In this document: one piece after another, positions 20,590 through 32,932 of the stretch
How the letters are laid out: every line of letters starts with the position of its first letter
Position numbering within the stretch: position 1 is the first letter of the stretch
Assembly (NCBI GenBank): GCA_964019335.1
Contig: OZ025724.1
Location: 124,001 to 188,000, forward strand
DNA length: 64,000 bases
Reading direction: 5' to 3'
Origin: Diplonema japonicum
Taxonomy: Eukaryota > Protista > Euglenozoa: Diplonemea
The notes under the pieces: model-generated
What the model was told of the DNA's origin: nothing
The model's input: only the letters and a program-made list of their open reading frames with translations
The model's database searches: none
Position numbers and translations under genes: made by a program

Positions 20590-22170
20590 AAATTCGATAA
20601 AGTTTAAGTGTGCATGGGGTTCAAGTAGAAATTCACATTAATCGGTCACCGTTCTGCGGTTGCTGTCTGGTGCCTTCGGTGGCTGTTTGTCGCGATGAGA
20701 TGGACGGCATCTGGGCGAGAAACACTACATGGAGTCGTGCTAGGTAAGGGGCCGTTCGGCTCGAGGAGAAAAGTGGTCTCCTGTCGTAGCCGTGTGCCGT
20801 CGGGACCCCCATATGTCGCAAGGTATGCACCCTCGACTTAGCTTTGGTAGGGAAAGCAGTGCGCCCCCTCTCTCTGCACTTTTCTGGATGCGACCCAAGA
20901 GATATCGCATTCTATTAGCCTCCTCCGTGAGGAAGTCTTGGTCGTCAAGCGGGCCTATGAGTGACCGGCGGGTGGTCTGCTCATAGTCAATCGCTAGCTC
21001 CATCGTTGTGATGGAAGTCTTGCTCTAACCTACGTACCATCGCAGGTCTCTCAGCCACTAGCTGCGGGCAGGCCATCACGCACCACTCCCAGCCCTCTGT
21101 ACATCGCCGCCTCACGGATTCTTCCCGTGATCGCACACTCCCACAAAGCATGCTCTGTCGTCTCTGTCGTCGACTTGCATCGGTAGTCGCAGACGTCACA
21201 CGCCAAATCTGGTTTTTCCACCTCTGGACCGTCTAGCTTCTTCCCCCACACAATCGGATGCACAGTAAACATCGCACCGCTAATGACCCGTCTCATCCTA
21301 AAGGCGATCAAGGGCTCCTCGCCTGGAGGCTCTTCCACCAACCGTTCGTGGACGGACACGCACCGGTCTCCATTCCAGCAAAAGATCCTCCTCTTTATCA
21401 ATTCCTTCGCGATTGCAGGCCTGATCACCTGCCTCACCGTGTGGCACATTCGCTTCGCAAGGCGACGATAAAGGACCACTCCTTGCCAAGCAGTGGTCCT
21501 TGGTCTCCTCAGCAGACTACCAACCGGACCCACAGTCTTGCAATTGTCGTGGTCCTGATAGTGGCGAGCGATCCCAACTATGCGTTGCCACAGCTTATCG
21601 GAGGACATTCCATCAAACAGGTTATCGTGCTGTACATAACCTTGCGCCGTGTGTCCTGGTAGGAGCACATTGAGCACGGCGGCGGGAGACGTCATCATAA
21701 ACCGCGGGCCGTGCACAGCTTCTTCAACTCGTCATCTGAGGGGGCAGCATAGGCCGAACCGTATAGGCATGACGGTAGCACCGTGCTCGTCAACATCATC
21801 GCCTTGTTCATAAAGCCTTACAGCAGCCGTTTCAAGTTTGTCCAGACTATGCTCACCGCCCGTACTCACGTTTACCCCTAGCGACTTAAACTCCTTAGTT
21901 ACCTTAAAGGAGGCACCGGTGCACACTAGCGCCCCGTCGATCTCATTTTTCGTTGAGAAGGCCAATGACTTCCTCTCATGAAGGCACATGTTCGTGTACC
22001 CACAGAACTCAATTCCTTTGTTATTTGCTCTCGCGAGTATCTTCACCAGACGCGCCAGGAGGTACGCGTCGTCCGCATATGACAGCGAACGGCAGACAGG
22101 CACTTCAGTTGTTACACACTTCACCATCACCGACACCAGGGCGTTAATCATGATAACAGATATTGCAGAA
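20590..22170 (-). mobile_element. Degenerate 5'-truncated LINE (RT C-terminus, CCHC finger, 3' end)
   Basis: SYADDAYL; CDVCDYRC..TEHALWEC. The 3' end is homologous to 31968-32932 and 62612-63391. Confidence 0.85.
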
Positions 22171-22573
22171 AAAAACCAGGAAGGAAAAAACGAGTTCACA
22201 GGTCACAGGCCCAAGAAAAGAGGCTTTCGCGTGGTCTTGGCCATTTTCTGACGCAATTTATTGTGGAGAAAGCAATCTTTAAAAAATTACCCGCATGTGA
22301 TTCCGGGTATACTTTTGCCCCAATGCACACAATTTTGAGAAAACTTCAAATTCTTTTTCATACACCCCAGCAAATGCTAACCACCCCAACACCCCCGTCG
22401 GGAAAGAAGAGATCATCTTCAAGGGAAAATCGGGGAATGACAATCTGGGGCACCTTTTTCTGCATCAATGTTTAATATGGAAAAAGAATGACTAAAAAGA
22501 AAGAAAACAAAGAAGCACACTGCACAGGGGAGGGTGACAGTAGCCCGGGATGCTTTCTTGCCCCGTGAAGTCA

Positions 22574-23745
22574 TCAGCAAACGATGCAACACTCTTTACT
22601 TTTACAGGTTGCTTGCTTCACAGGAGGACCCTGGGATATTGTTGGTTTTCTTGGTTGCTCTTCCTGTTGTGCTGATTGCTCCTCCTGTTCCTGTTGATGT
22701 CCCCGTAGTCTGAGGAATTCCACAACATCTTTCCTGTGTTCCACTGGGGTCCCTGAAAGAAAACAGCTGCCGACGATGGTGACATTGCGAAGGGGGTTGA
22801 GATCTACAGTTCTCAAAGAGCTGCAGTTCTTGAGAAAGCTGTCACCAAGACGCTGAACGTTCCGCAAGGGGCTCAGATCCACAGAAGTCAATGATTCACA
22901 GCCATTGAGAAAATTGTATTCGAACCGTGTGATGTTCTGGAGGGGACTCAGATCAACAGTCGTTAGAGCTTTGCAGTTGAAGAGAAAATAGTCCACACTG
23001 GATGCAGAAGTAAAGGTGTTGCGCAGGGGGCTCAGATCGATAGATTTTAACGAAACACAATAAAACATGAGACCCCAGTGGTCCATACTGGTCACATTCT
23101 GCAAGGGACTCAAATCCACAGAAGTCAATGATTCACAGCGACTGAGAAAATCACTTCCGACGGTGGTGACATTGCCAAAGGGGCTCAGATCAACATTCGT
23201 AAGAGACTTGCAATTCTTGAGAAAACAGTCCCCAACGGACTGAAGACCCTGCAAGGTCGACAGGTCCAAGGTGACGAGTGAGGAGCCAGACAAAAAGGAG
23301 TCCCCAATAGAGGTTGCACCGTCGCTCAGGGTCCACACCTTGAGGTGACGAAGCTTTGAGGGAAGCTTGCTTGTGAGTCCATCATCAAGACAGTCCAGAC
23401 CAGTGACATCCGCCACAAGAAGAAGCTCAGGATTCTCCTCAAGATGTCTTTCAACATCCTCTTTCAGACGCGAGAGGTCCACATGACTGACATCAATTGT
23501 TTTATAAATACTGAACAAGAGAAGCTCGCTCCCCTGCCCCATCCCTGCTGTATCTCCTGTTCCCCACCGCCAGATGTCTCATTATCCAAGACCACCCCTT
23601 CGAATTGTAAGTGGAATCTCCCCACCTCCACTGCAGAAGCCTCAGCCGCCTTCCTGTACAAGTCCTTCACCCTGTCAAGCCCAGACAGCTCCACCTCGTG
23701 CACCACATCCTCGTCGACAGTCCTGATCAACACTGCGAGGCTCAT
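22574..23745 (-). pseudogene. Ubl-LRR-CCaaX family copy 3 (4-nt deletion near 23545; fewer LRRs)
   Basis: Near-identical to copy 1 but frameshifted after QEIQQ. It lacks several whole LRR units and most Q/E repeats, and ends ECCIVC. Confidence 0.85.
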
Positions 23746-23989
23746 GTTGCGACTCCTAGTTCAATGCGATGTCTCTATTTCTTCCCCCAGGCTGTGGTGG
23801 CCTTTTAAATAAAAATAGAATTAAAGCAATCCCCTCTCTTGCAGGAAGCAACAGGAAAGAAGCCTATTTAAAACAAAGTCGAAGGCTGGGGCTTGATGTC
23901 ATGAGGTTGGTTGTTGGGGACTATTTAGGCTCCTTAAGGCAGGAGAGCGAAAGATTCACTCAACTACCTGCGTCGAGTTCGATTACACA

Positions 23990-25783
23990 TCAAGAAGCGG
24001 TGCAACACTGCGGTTGTTTGCGAGTGGTGCCCTTTTCTTTGTTCTCTTGAAGCCCGGGCAGTCTCTTCTTAACATCCTTCTCTTTCATCGCAGTTCCTGA
24101 AAGAAATCTTTTGCCTACCTCGGTGACGCTGCAAAGGGGGCTGACATCTAGAGACTCCAGTGATGCACAGCCACAAAGGAAGAAGTCCCAGATGATGGTG
24201 GCATTACGAAGGGGGGTAAGATCAACGGTTTTCAAAGACCTGCAGTCTTCCAGAAAAGAGTCCTGAATCCGAGTCACGTTACACAATGGGGTTAGATCTA
24301 CAGAGGTCAATGCTTCACAGCCTTTGAGGTAAGCGAAGACATCGTTATCTGTGGAAAATCTGCTTAGGGGGGAGATTTCAACAGTTTCCAAAGACTTGCA
24401 CCCGCTGAGAAAGGAACGGCCTGCCGACTGAACGTTCTGCAAGGGACTCAAATCCACAGATCGCAATGATTTGCAGTCTTCCAGAAAAGCATTCCCAACC
24501 GACGCCACATTCGTTAAAGGGCGCAGATCCACAGAAGCCAATGATTCACAGCCGCGGAGAAAATTGCTCTCAATCGATGTGCATGACCGGAAGACTTCGA
24601 GATCCACGGTTGTTAGAGACTTGCAGTTCTTGAGAAAAGAGCCCGTGCGTAACATAAGTTCGGCATTCTTTGTAAGAGGGTTCAGATCCACGCGGGACAG
24701 CGATTCACAGCCGCTGAGGAACCCTTCGAAAATTGCGGAGAGTTTACCAAGTTTACCAAAAGGGGTCAAATCCACGGTCGTCAGAGATTTGCAGTTTTGA
24801 AGGAATCCCGAATGTATTGATCGAACATCCTCTAGGTCGCTCAGATCCACAGAAGTCAACGATTCACATTTTTTTAGAAAGCTGTCGCCCACAATAACCG
24901 CATTGCGCAAAGGGGCGAGGTCGATAGTTTTCAAAGCCTTGCAGTTGTTGAGAAACGAACAAGAAATAAGCGACGGGTAGTTCTGCAAGGTGCACAGCTC
25001 CACAGAGGTCAACGACTCACAACCTTCGAGGAAATGGTGGCCGATCTCTGTCACGTTTTGAAACGAACTGAGATCCACAGTTTCTACAGATGTGCACTCA
25101 TATAGGAAATACTTTTTAATTGCCTTAATGTTCTGAAAGGGGCTCAGGTCCACAGAAGTCAATGAATGACAGTGACTGAGAAAGTAGTCGCCAACAATTG
25201 TGTTTTCTTGGAGGATACACAAGTGCACAGTAGTTAGGGATTTGTTCCCATAGAGAAACCTGTCTGCAATGGATTGAACACCCTGCAAGGCCGACAGGTC
25301 CAAGGTGACGAGTGAGGAGCCAGACAAAAAGGAGTCCCCAATAGAGGTCGCACCGTCGCTCAGGGTCCACACCTTGAGGTGACGAAGCTTTGAGGGAAGC
25401 TTGCTTGTGAGTCCATCATCAAGACAGTCCAGACCAGTGACATCCACCGAAAGAAGAAGCTCAGGATTCTCCTCAAGATGTCTTTCAACATCCTCTTTTC
25501 GCCTTGGGAGCTCCTCGTGACCGAGATGAACCGTTCCAGACTGACTGCACAAGAGAAGCTCGCTCCCCTGCCCCATCCCCAGCTGCTGTATCTCCTGTTC
25601 CCCACCGCCAGATGTCTCATTATCCAAGACCACACCTTCGAATTGTAAGTGGAATCTCCCCACCTCCACTGCAGAAGCCTCAGCCGCCTTCCTGTACAGG
25701 TCCTTCACCCTGTCAAGCCCAGACAGCTCCACCTCGTGCACCACATCCTCGTCGACATTCCTGATCAACACTGCGAGGCTCAT
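23990..25783 (-). CDS. Ubl-LRR-CCaaX family copy 4 (intact, divergent LRRs)
   Basis: Near-identical Ubl start (ATG 25783), about 16 diverged LRRs, ends QCCTAS. Confidence 0.88.
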   Translation of the reverse strand: MSLAVLIRNVDEDVVHEVELSGLDRVKDLYRKAAEASAVEVGRFHLQFEGVVLDNETSGGGEQEIQQLGMGQGSELLLCSQSGTVHLGHEELPRRKEDVERHLEENPELLLSVDVTGLDCLDDGLTSKLPSKLRHLKVWTLSDGATSIGDSFLSGSSLVTLDLSALQGVQSIADRFLYGNKSLTTVHLCILQENTIVGDYFLSHCHSLTSVDLSPFQNIKAIKKYFLYECTSVETVDLSSFQNVTEIGHHFLEGCESLTSVELCTLQNYPSLISCSFLNNCKALKTIDLAPLRNAVIVGDSFLKKCESLTSVDLSDLEDVRSIHSGFLQNCKSLTTVDLTPFGKLGKLSAIFEGFLSGCESLSRVDLNPLTKNAELMLRTGSFLKNCKSLTTVDLEVFRSCTSIESNFLRGCESLASVDLRPLTNVASVGNAFLEDCKSLRSVDLSPLQNVQSAGRSFLSGCKSLETVEISPLSRFSTDNDVFAYLKGCEALTSVDLTPLCNVTRIQDSFLEDCRSLKTVDLTPLRNATIIWDFFLCGCASLESLDVSPLCSVTEVGKRFLSGTAMKEKDVKKRLPGLQENKEKGTTRKQPQCCTAS

Positions 25784-26514
25784 GTTTCTTATGTTTTCTT
25801 TCTTTTCCACGTCCCCCTACAGTTTTACAATTTTGAATTTTTTATATAAGGGGTAGGGGTGTGCGTGCATTTTCAGTATGGGCACCGTGCTTCCTTCTCT
25901 AGCAGTGGGTCCGTCCCCACTCCAATAGTGGTTAGAATGTCTGAAGAGACTGTCGCCGAGGAAAGGAGGACAGCAGTGGCAGTGCCACTCTTATAATTCT
26001 GATAAAAATGCTGGCAGGCAGTGCCGACGGACAAACGGAGCCAGCAAAGAAGAAGGACCGCCGTGACCTTCCTCAGGCAAACCGACGGTCAGCGCTCCGA
26101 ACTTACGCTCTCCCCTTATGTGTCTCTTAAACCACATATAATAGTGCATAAGAGCCTGCTGGCCCTCTCCAAAAATGTCCACTGCCTTGACCTCATCGCA
26201 CGGTTGAAGAAAAAAGAAATATAAAAAATATAAGAGAAAAAGGAGGCCAGTGTTGGTGGCGCTGTCTACTTGACTACAGGGGGCGCACCTCGTAAAAAAA
26301 GAAAAATACAAAAAAGAAGAGTACTTTTTTGTACATAAAATAGGACATGACTGAGAGAAAAGAAGAAGAAAAAAAAGGAAACGTGACATCATCAGTTAAT
26401 GCTGCCTTCTGCAACTACAAAACAAGATAAAACTAAACATAACGGGAGCATTGACTGGCTTCGTCGTAACATTATACTTAACGAAATCTCATGATAGGAA
26501 TCGTTTCTACTCTC

Positions 26515-29500
26515 TTACACAACCACGTCGTCCCAATTTGCTGTTCCTGCCGCTGCACTGCCCGCACCGAAGATGCTTGATGCCCAGCCGAGCAGCTGCA
26601 CGACGAGAATGAACACAACTATCAACCCCACAACGAGCACCCCCACAAGAAGTATCACATACATCTTCCATCGTTGGCTGGTTTCTGTGTCAAAAAGGAA
26701 ATAAAAAAAGAAAACAATCAAACCTGGTGCGGGCGTAGCTGGTGTCAAGGTGTCAGGGACACCTATGACAGGCGACCGTGTCGGTACTGCAGTGCCGAGA
26801 GCATTCGGTTGTGGGGTTGAGGGGGCAGCTGTTGCTGTTGAAGTGTCAGGTGATGGTGTGGAAGGTGCTCCCGTGACAGGCAAAGATGTTGCAGGTGCCT
26901 GTGTATCAGGTGCTGCTGTATCAGGTGCCGTAGTAGGCATGGCCGTGTCAGGTGCAGGAGTTAGCGGTGCTGCTGTAGTGCCTGGGACCAGGGTGTCAGG
27001 TGCAGATGTGGAGGGAGCTAATGTGTCAGGTGTCGATGTATCAGGGACCGTAGTCGGCACAGCCGTGACAGGTGCAGGAGTTAGCGGTGCTGCTGTCGTG
27101 CCAGGGACCAGGGTGTCAGGTGCAGCTGTTGCTGGGGCTGAAGTGTCAGGTGCTGATGTGTCAGGTGCAGGTGTTGCTGGGGCTGAAGTGTCAGGTGCTA
27201 GTGTGGAAGGCGCTGAAGTGTCAGGTGCAGGTGTTGCTGGGGCTGAAGTACTAGGTGCTGGTGTGGAAGGCGCTGGTGTGTCAGGCGCTGATGTGGAAGG
27301 CGCTGAGGTGTCAGGTGATGGTGTGGAAGGCACTGGTGTGTCAGGTGCTGGGGTATCGGGTGCTGTGGGTTTTGTTTTCATAGTTCGGAAAAAGAAAAGC
27401 ATGAGATAAATGCACTAACTCGGCCTCACGTCGGCTAGTCAACCAGTATTTCTATCTCAGGATTTCTTTTGCCAACATGAGGATCATGCATACCTGGTGT
27501 ATCTGGTGCTGATGTATCAGGGGCCGTAGTCGGCACAGCTGTGTCAGGTGCAGGAGTTTGCGGTGCTGCTGTTGTGCCCGGGACCAAGGTGTCAGGTGCA
27601 GGTGTGTCAGGTGCTGGTGTGTCAGGTGCAGGTGTGTCAGGTGCAGGTGTATCAGGTGCAGGTGTGTCAGGTGCTGGTGTATCAGGTGCTGGTGTGTCAG
27701 GTGCAGGTGTATCAGGTGCAGGTGTGTCAGGTGCTGGTGTGTCAGGTGCAGGTGTGTCAGGTGCTGGTGTGTCAGGTGCAGGTGTGTCAGGTGCTGTGAG
27801 TTATTTTTAAATACGGGTTTTTAAAAATTACATGTGGCCTGAAGCTTTAACCCAGGTATCCCTTCCTGTTGCAGTCACGGGCTGCTGGAATGGCTCTGGA
27901 AGGCTCAAGCTCGCAGACAGACGGAAGGCGGTCGAAGAGGCTCTGGCAGTCCTCCCCAGTGTCCACGCTGATCCAAGCAAGTCAAAAAAAAGTATATCAC
28001 ACCTGATGTATCAGGTGCAGATGTTCGTGGAGCTGATGTAGATGCTGCCCCGCAGGTTGCGAACGAACTACTTAAGAGTATGTACTGCCCATATGAAGTA
28101 GGCCGGTAGCAAACCTTGTATGTTGCAGTCCCTGCTAAGGAGGATAGTGTACCCGAACTCCACTCAGTTGCAGTCCCGACCATTAGAAGCGACCCCACCG
28201 AAGTAGAGCAAGCATTGAGCGCAGCGCACTGTGTCTCGGCGTTGGTGCAGTCCGTTGCAGTAGAGGGGATGACGGCCACACGGTCAGTCGTCGCAAGTGC
28301 ATCGGAGCCAGGATAGAAGTGAAAGACAGGGGCATCGGTGCCAGGTTGGGGACATGAAGGGTTGACATCAAAGGCAGGATCGCGCCTCTCGCAAGGAAGG
28401 AGGAGGGAGTCAATAAAACAGCCCGTAGAAGAAGCTAGGGTGGACAACCTGACAGAGACAATGCTGTCAAAGCCAACAGGGATGGCAGCGGCAATGCCTG
28501 TTGCGGTGCTGTCGATGTTGACAGACAGCGTGCTGGCAGACCAGTCGAAAACAAGCTCCACGTGGTACCAGGTGTTTATAGCCACAGTGCCGAAGAACTG
28601 CATCGCTGTATCATCAGTGCGCAAAGCAAACTGGGTCCCGATGGATAACCAGAACTCAATGCTCTTCCCGTCTCCTACTAGTGTCAGCTTGAGCTGCGAA
28701 TTCACGGAACCTACCCTTCCGTAGTAGCTGCATGACGTGGACTTGATACCGCCTGCAGAGATGCTGTGTATGAACCCGTACATGGACCATGTCAATGAGC
28801 CAGCACCTTCTTTTTTCGTGGCGGTGGTAACTTCGACAACAGAAGAGGTAACCTCAGAGGCACTGTCGAATGGTACATTGAGCCCGGAGGTGCACTCACC
28901 AGGGACAGCAAAAGCCGCTTCCGCAGGAGAGAACGACGGAGTGGTTCCGCTCGTGAACATGTTTCCTGCGAAGCTCAGGCTGATGGTCTCCGTGCCGATA
29001 ATTCTGAAGGTTGGTGCCGGGTTGAGAGGCCCGATGGTTAGCACAGCACCCGAGATCGTCATCTTCGAAGTGTCCAGCATCGTGGCCTTCAGAGCATTCC
29101 AACCAGTTGCAGAAGGGAAGTCTGCAATCATGACATCAAGAATTGCTTGTTTGTTTGCTGTGGTGTCAACCCACTGATCGTAGTCGCCCACCAGGGTGAG
29201 GGTCAGCGTCGCACCACCAGCACGAAGAGTGTCCTGATTGACGCTCTCTACCAAGGTCCCAGACGGCACCACGTAGCTCGTGCACCACAAATGGAATTCG
29301 TCGTAATAACCGGTCTTGAAGAAGACAGCGTAGTTTATCCCAGTGGTGCAGGATCCTTGAAAGGCTACTGCAGTCGCTTCTTGCTTGCCGTCGACGAACA
29401 GGTCTACGGTCTGCGCTGCCCAGTTAACACGCAGGTCGAAAAAGTAGAACTGTTTCAAGTTGCTTGACGTGCTGATTGTGTTGAAATTCACGTGCCACAC

Positions 29501-31027
29501 CCCGTTGTTAATACCGGCTGTGAAGCAGGTGTTCCCCGAGGTGGTGTCATAGAAGTACACGCTGGGCGAGGAGGCAGCGTCGTCGAAGCGTGACATGTAC
29601 CACGTGACACGGTTCGCCATGCTCTTGTCGAGGAGTGTGAGCTGTCCTTGGCCGGCAGCAGACGCGTCGGAAGGGTCGCCCACCCTTAAGGACGCACCGC
29701 CCTCTGCGGCAAACGAAATGTCCACATCAGCGGAGTTCGCAAGGTTCACCGACCCAGCATCCTCATCGAAGGACAGCAAGTAGTTCTGGGGACAATTCGC
29801 AAATCCAAAACACTCAAGTCCTCCATATGCCCCGTTGCAAGTACATGGGGCAAGCGGGTTGGCGACGCACGTCCCACGTCCCGAGCAGACATTCGGGTCA
29901 TTAGACGCAACGCCAAAACACACAGCAGTCGACGAAGCAACAGTGACATCTATAGAACACGTCACGCTGGTCCCGTCGCTGCCTGTGAACGTGGCGCCGA
30001 TGGTGTAGTCATTGCCGGCCTCGCCGGCGGTTGGGGTGAACGTGGCCTGAGTGTTCCCAATCTGGCCAATGTTTGTACCCAATGCCTTGGAGTACGACAT
30101 GGTGCCCCCCGGTGCTGTGGTCGCAGTATATGTAACCGTTACCGTCTTTCCCGACGCAAAGACTGCATTGAACTCCGTGACGTACCCCGCAGAGTGCGGG
30201 ATGACGTGCCGTGTGGTCGACGTGCGTGACGACCTGCATATGGGTGCGTCATACGTGTCGGAGCATGTGTTGTACATGAAGTGCACCGTGTCTATGTCAC
30301 CGCTCGACAGACCCTTCCGCTGCCCGATGGGGTATGGCGACACAATGGTGGGAAGGCTTCCGATCGCGAAGCCATTCTCCCCGTAGTGCATGATGCTGCT
30401 GTAGTCGTACGGCCCAATGTCCCTGCCGCTCCCGCCGATCTTGTTGAAATTGCCCTCCTCACCCATCTCGATCTGCGTGGTGTCCACATACACGAAGCTG
30501 TCACGGTCGTTCCGAGACTGCTCGTGGGACAGCCCCACACTGTGTCCTATCTCGTGTATGACAGCACCCAAACCGCAGTGCTGTTGCAAGTTTATCTGGT
30601 TGATGCCGGACGGGTTCTTGCCGACTGGTGAGCTGCATGAGCTGACATCGGATATGAAGTACAAGTAAGGGGTCGGGCATGCTGCTTGTGTCGTGCACCT
30701 TGTGAAGCGAAGGCAGGTATGAGCTTCCCAGTGCGCAATGCCAGCAGCTATCCTGCTGTCGTCGGCAGTTAGAAAGTACGTAGCAGGATTACCCACGTTT
30801 GTCGCGGCTGTCTCTATGTAATAGTTTAATTTGCCCTGCGGCCAAAGGCGCGAGGCGCTGGTGAACCATGTGGCACCCAGTGCGTGCGCTGTGCGAGCGT
30901 CATCTTCGTACACCTCTTGGATGTCTCCGTGGGTAGTTAGGTAGCTGTAGTGCATGCCCTTGGTCAGGTTCTGACCGGTGGCCACCACCAAACATAGAAG
31001 CAGCCCAACTACTGCTGACACTCTCAT
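26515..31027 (-). CDS. Astacin (M12A) metalloprotease with EGF-like and beta-sandwich domains, PDT(P/S)A mucin stalk and C-terminal TM; 4 exons
   Basis: Signal peptide, HEIGHSVGLSHEQSRNDRD and SIMHY Met-turn. Predicted exons 31027-28003, 27793-27494, 27362-26724 and 26684-26515, joined by phase-1 GT-AG introns. TM: YVILLVGVLVVGLIVVFILVV. Confidence 0.85.
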
Positions 31028-31967
31028 TCTTTTTGTTTTCTTTTTTTTTTTTAATACTGCGGGGAGCTGTTTTCAAAAGTTGCATAAGGTCGCAGAAAAG
31101 AAAAAAAAGTAGAAATACTGAAACTGTTCATAAAAAGAAATAAAAAGAAGAAGAAAGAAAAAAGAAATAGGTCGCTTATAGAGCTGGAGAGAACTGGAGA
31201 AACAAAAAACCCACACAAAGAAAGCAAAAAAAAGAAGAAAAACAACACATAAAAGTACCGCGTTTTGTTTAAGCAAGGGCACAAAAGGGGGGGGGGGGGG
31301 GTGCGGGCCACTGCCCAGGTAAGGGTAGGCTAATTTTTTCTGTTTGTTTAAAAAAGAAAAGAAAACAAAGATGAACGAAACGGTTTAAAAAAAAGACAAA
31401 ATAAAATGGGGGGGCTTGGTTGCAACACTATTTGGCGTTAAGTGTGCAGCGTGGCGAGAGGAGAAAAATAATAATTGAAAAGATTCATCAAAAAGCAATC
31501 TCCTCGTAGGCAGTCGAGCTTCCGTCCGGATAAAAAGAAACAAAGAATGTCCACAAACAACCTGTGTTGCATTTCCTTTTTTTCTGTTCTTTTTTGGACG
31601 AGATCAAAAAAAAAAAAGAGAGGAAGTCTTGGAAGGGGGTGGTCTAAACTACATAAGAGGGGAAGGGACTGCAAAGTCTGTACAGCCACAGTGGGCCTCA
31701 AGTACCGACTTTGCTCAGGGACATCACAAGCTTGTAGGCGAGGGGGGCATCTTCTTCGTTCTTCGAACCTTGTTTTGCAAGGCCTGCTAAAGTAATTGGT
31801 GCCCCCTTTCGGCACAGATGACAGGTTAATAATCAAAGCAAAAAACTTTCTTTTTTTCTTCCCACACACAGGCGCTCGGGTTTCTTTTTTTTTTTTTTTT
31901 TTTTTTTTTTTGGTAGCTACATAAAAAAATAGGGAAAGAACAAAAAAAAAAAAAAAAAAAAAAAAAA

Positions 31968-32932
31968 CTCGATAAAATTTCAGTGTGCATGGGGGTGCTC
32001 ACTGTTCAGGTAGAAATTCACACTAATCGGTCACCGTTCTGCGGTTGCTGTCTGGTGCCTGCGGTGGCTGTTTGTCGCGATGAGATGGACGGCATCTGGG
32101 CGAGAAACATTGCTTGGAGTCGTGCTAGGTAGGGGGGGGTTTGGCTCGAGGAGAAGAGTGGTCTCCTGTCGTAGCCGTGTGCCGTCGGGCCCCCAAGATG
32201 TCGAAGGGTATGCACCCTTGATTTGGCGCTGGCGGGGAAGGCTGACCTTCCACAGCGTGCTGAGCATTTCTGGATGCGACCCAAGATGTATCGCATCCTT
32301 GCGGCCTTCTCCGTGAGCAGGTCTTGATCGTCGAGGGGACCTATGAGTGACCGGCGGGTGGTCTGCTCATAGTCTATGGCGAGTTCCATTGTAGTGACGG
32401 AAGTTTTCTTCTTACCATCGTACCATCGTAGGCCTCTTAGCCACTTGAGGACGTTCTTCAAATGAAAGGTCAGGACCGCGCCTGACGCCCCGTTCGCCTT
32501 CAGCAACGCTTCCGTCGGAACATCATGTTGCCTCCCTGTCGTTACCTCATCCCAAGGGTTGGAGGTGAGCACTCTCTTGCTTTTTTCCGCTGCTCTGGCG
32601 TCACGGACCGTCACTACTTTCAGGAGGTATTGTTGCACCATCCTGGCACCTTCTTTCCCTGCTTTGTCGGCCCCTCTTGGGACTATCCCGTGAAGGGCTG
32701 TGGCAGCTGGGAGGCCTTCTCGCTTCACCTCTGCGTATTGCTCGCTTTCCAACACACTCCTTGCCGGCTCGCACTCCCACAGTGCATGCTCCGTCATGCT
32801 GGTCGTTGTCTGGGACCGGTGGTCGCAAACGTCACACGCTAATGCTGGGTTTTCCACACCAGGGCCATCCAATTTGGAAAAAAAACCCCACATCCTCCCC
32901 TCGGGTGAGTCGTGAACACTGCACCACTAACC
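31968..32932 (-). mobile_element. 5'-truncated LINE 3' end (recent copy)
   Basis: ORF 32018-32893 with CDVCDH..EHALWEC; nearly identical to 62612-63391; flanked by T-tracts on the sense strand. Confidence 0.9.

Noticed and set aside
25905-25960. tRNA-like A box (tagtggttagaat)
   Set aside because: No T-arm GTTCRA or acceptor stem.
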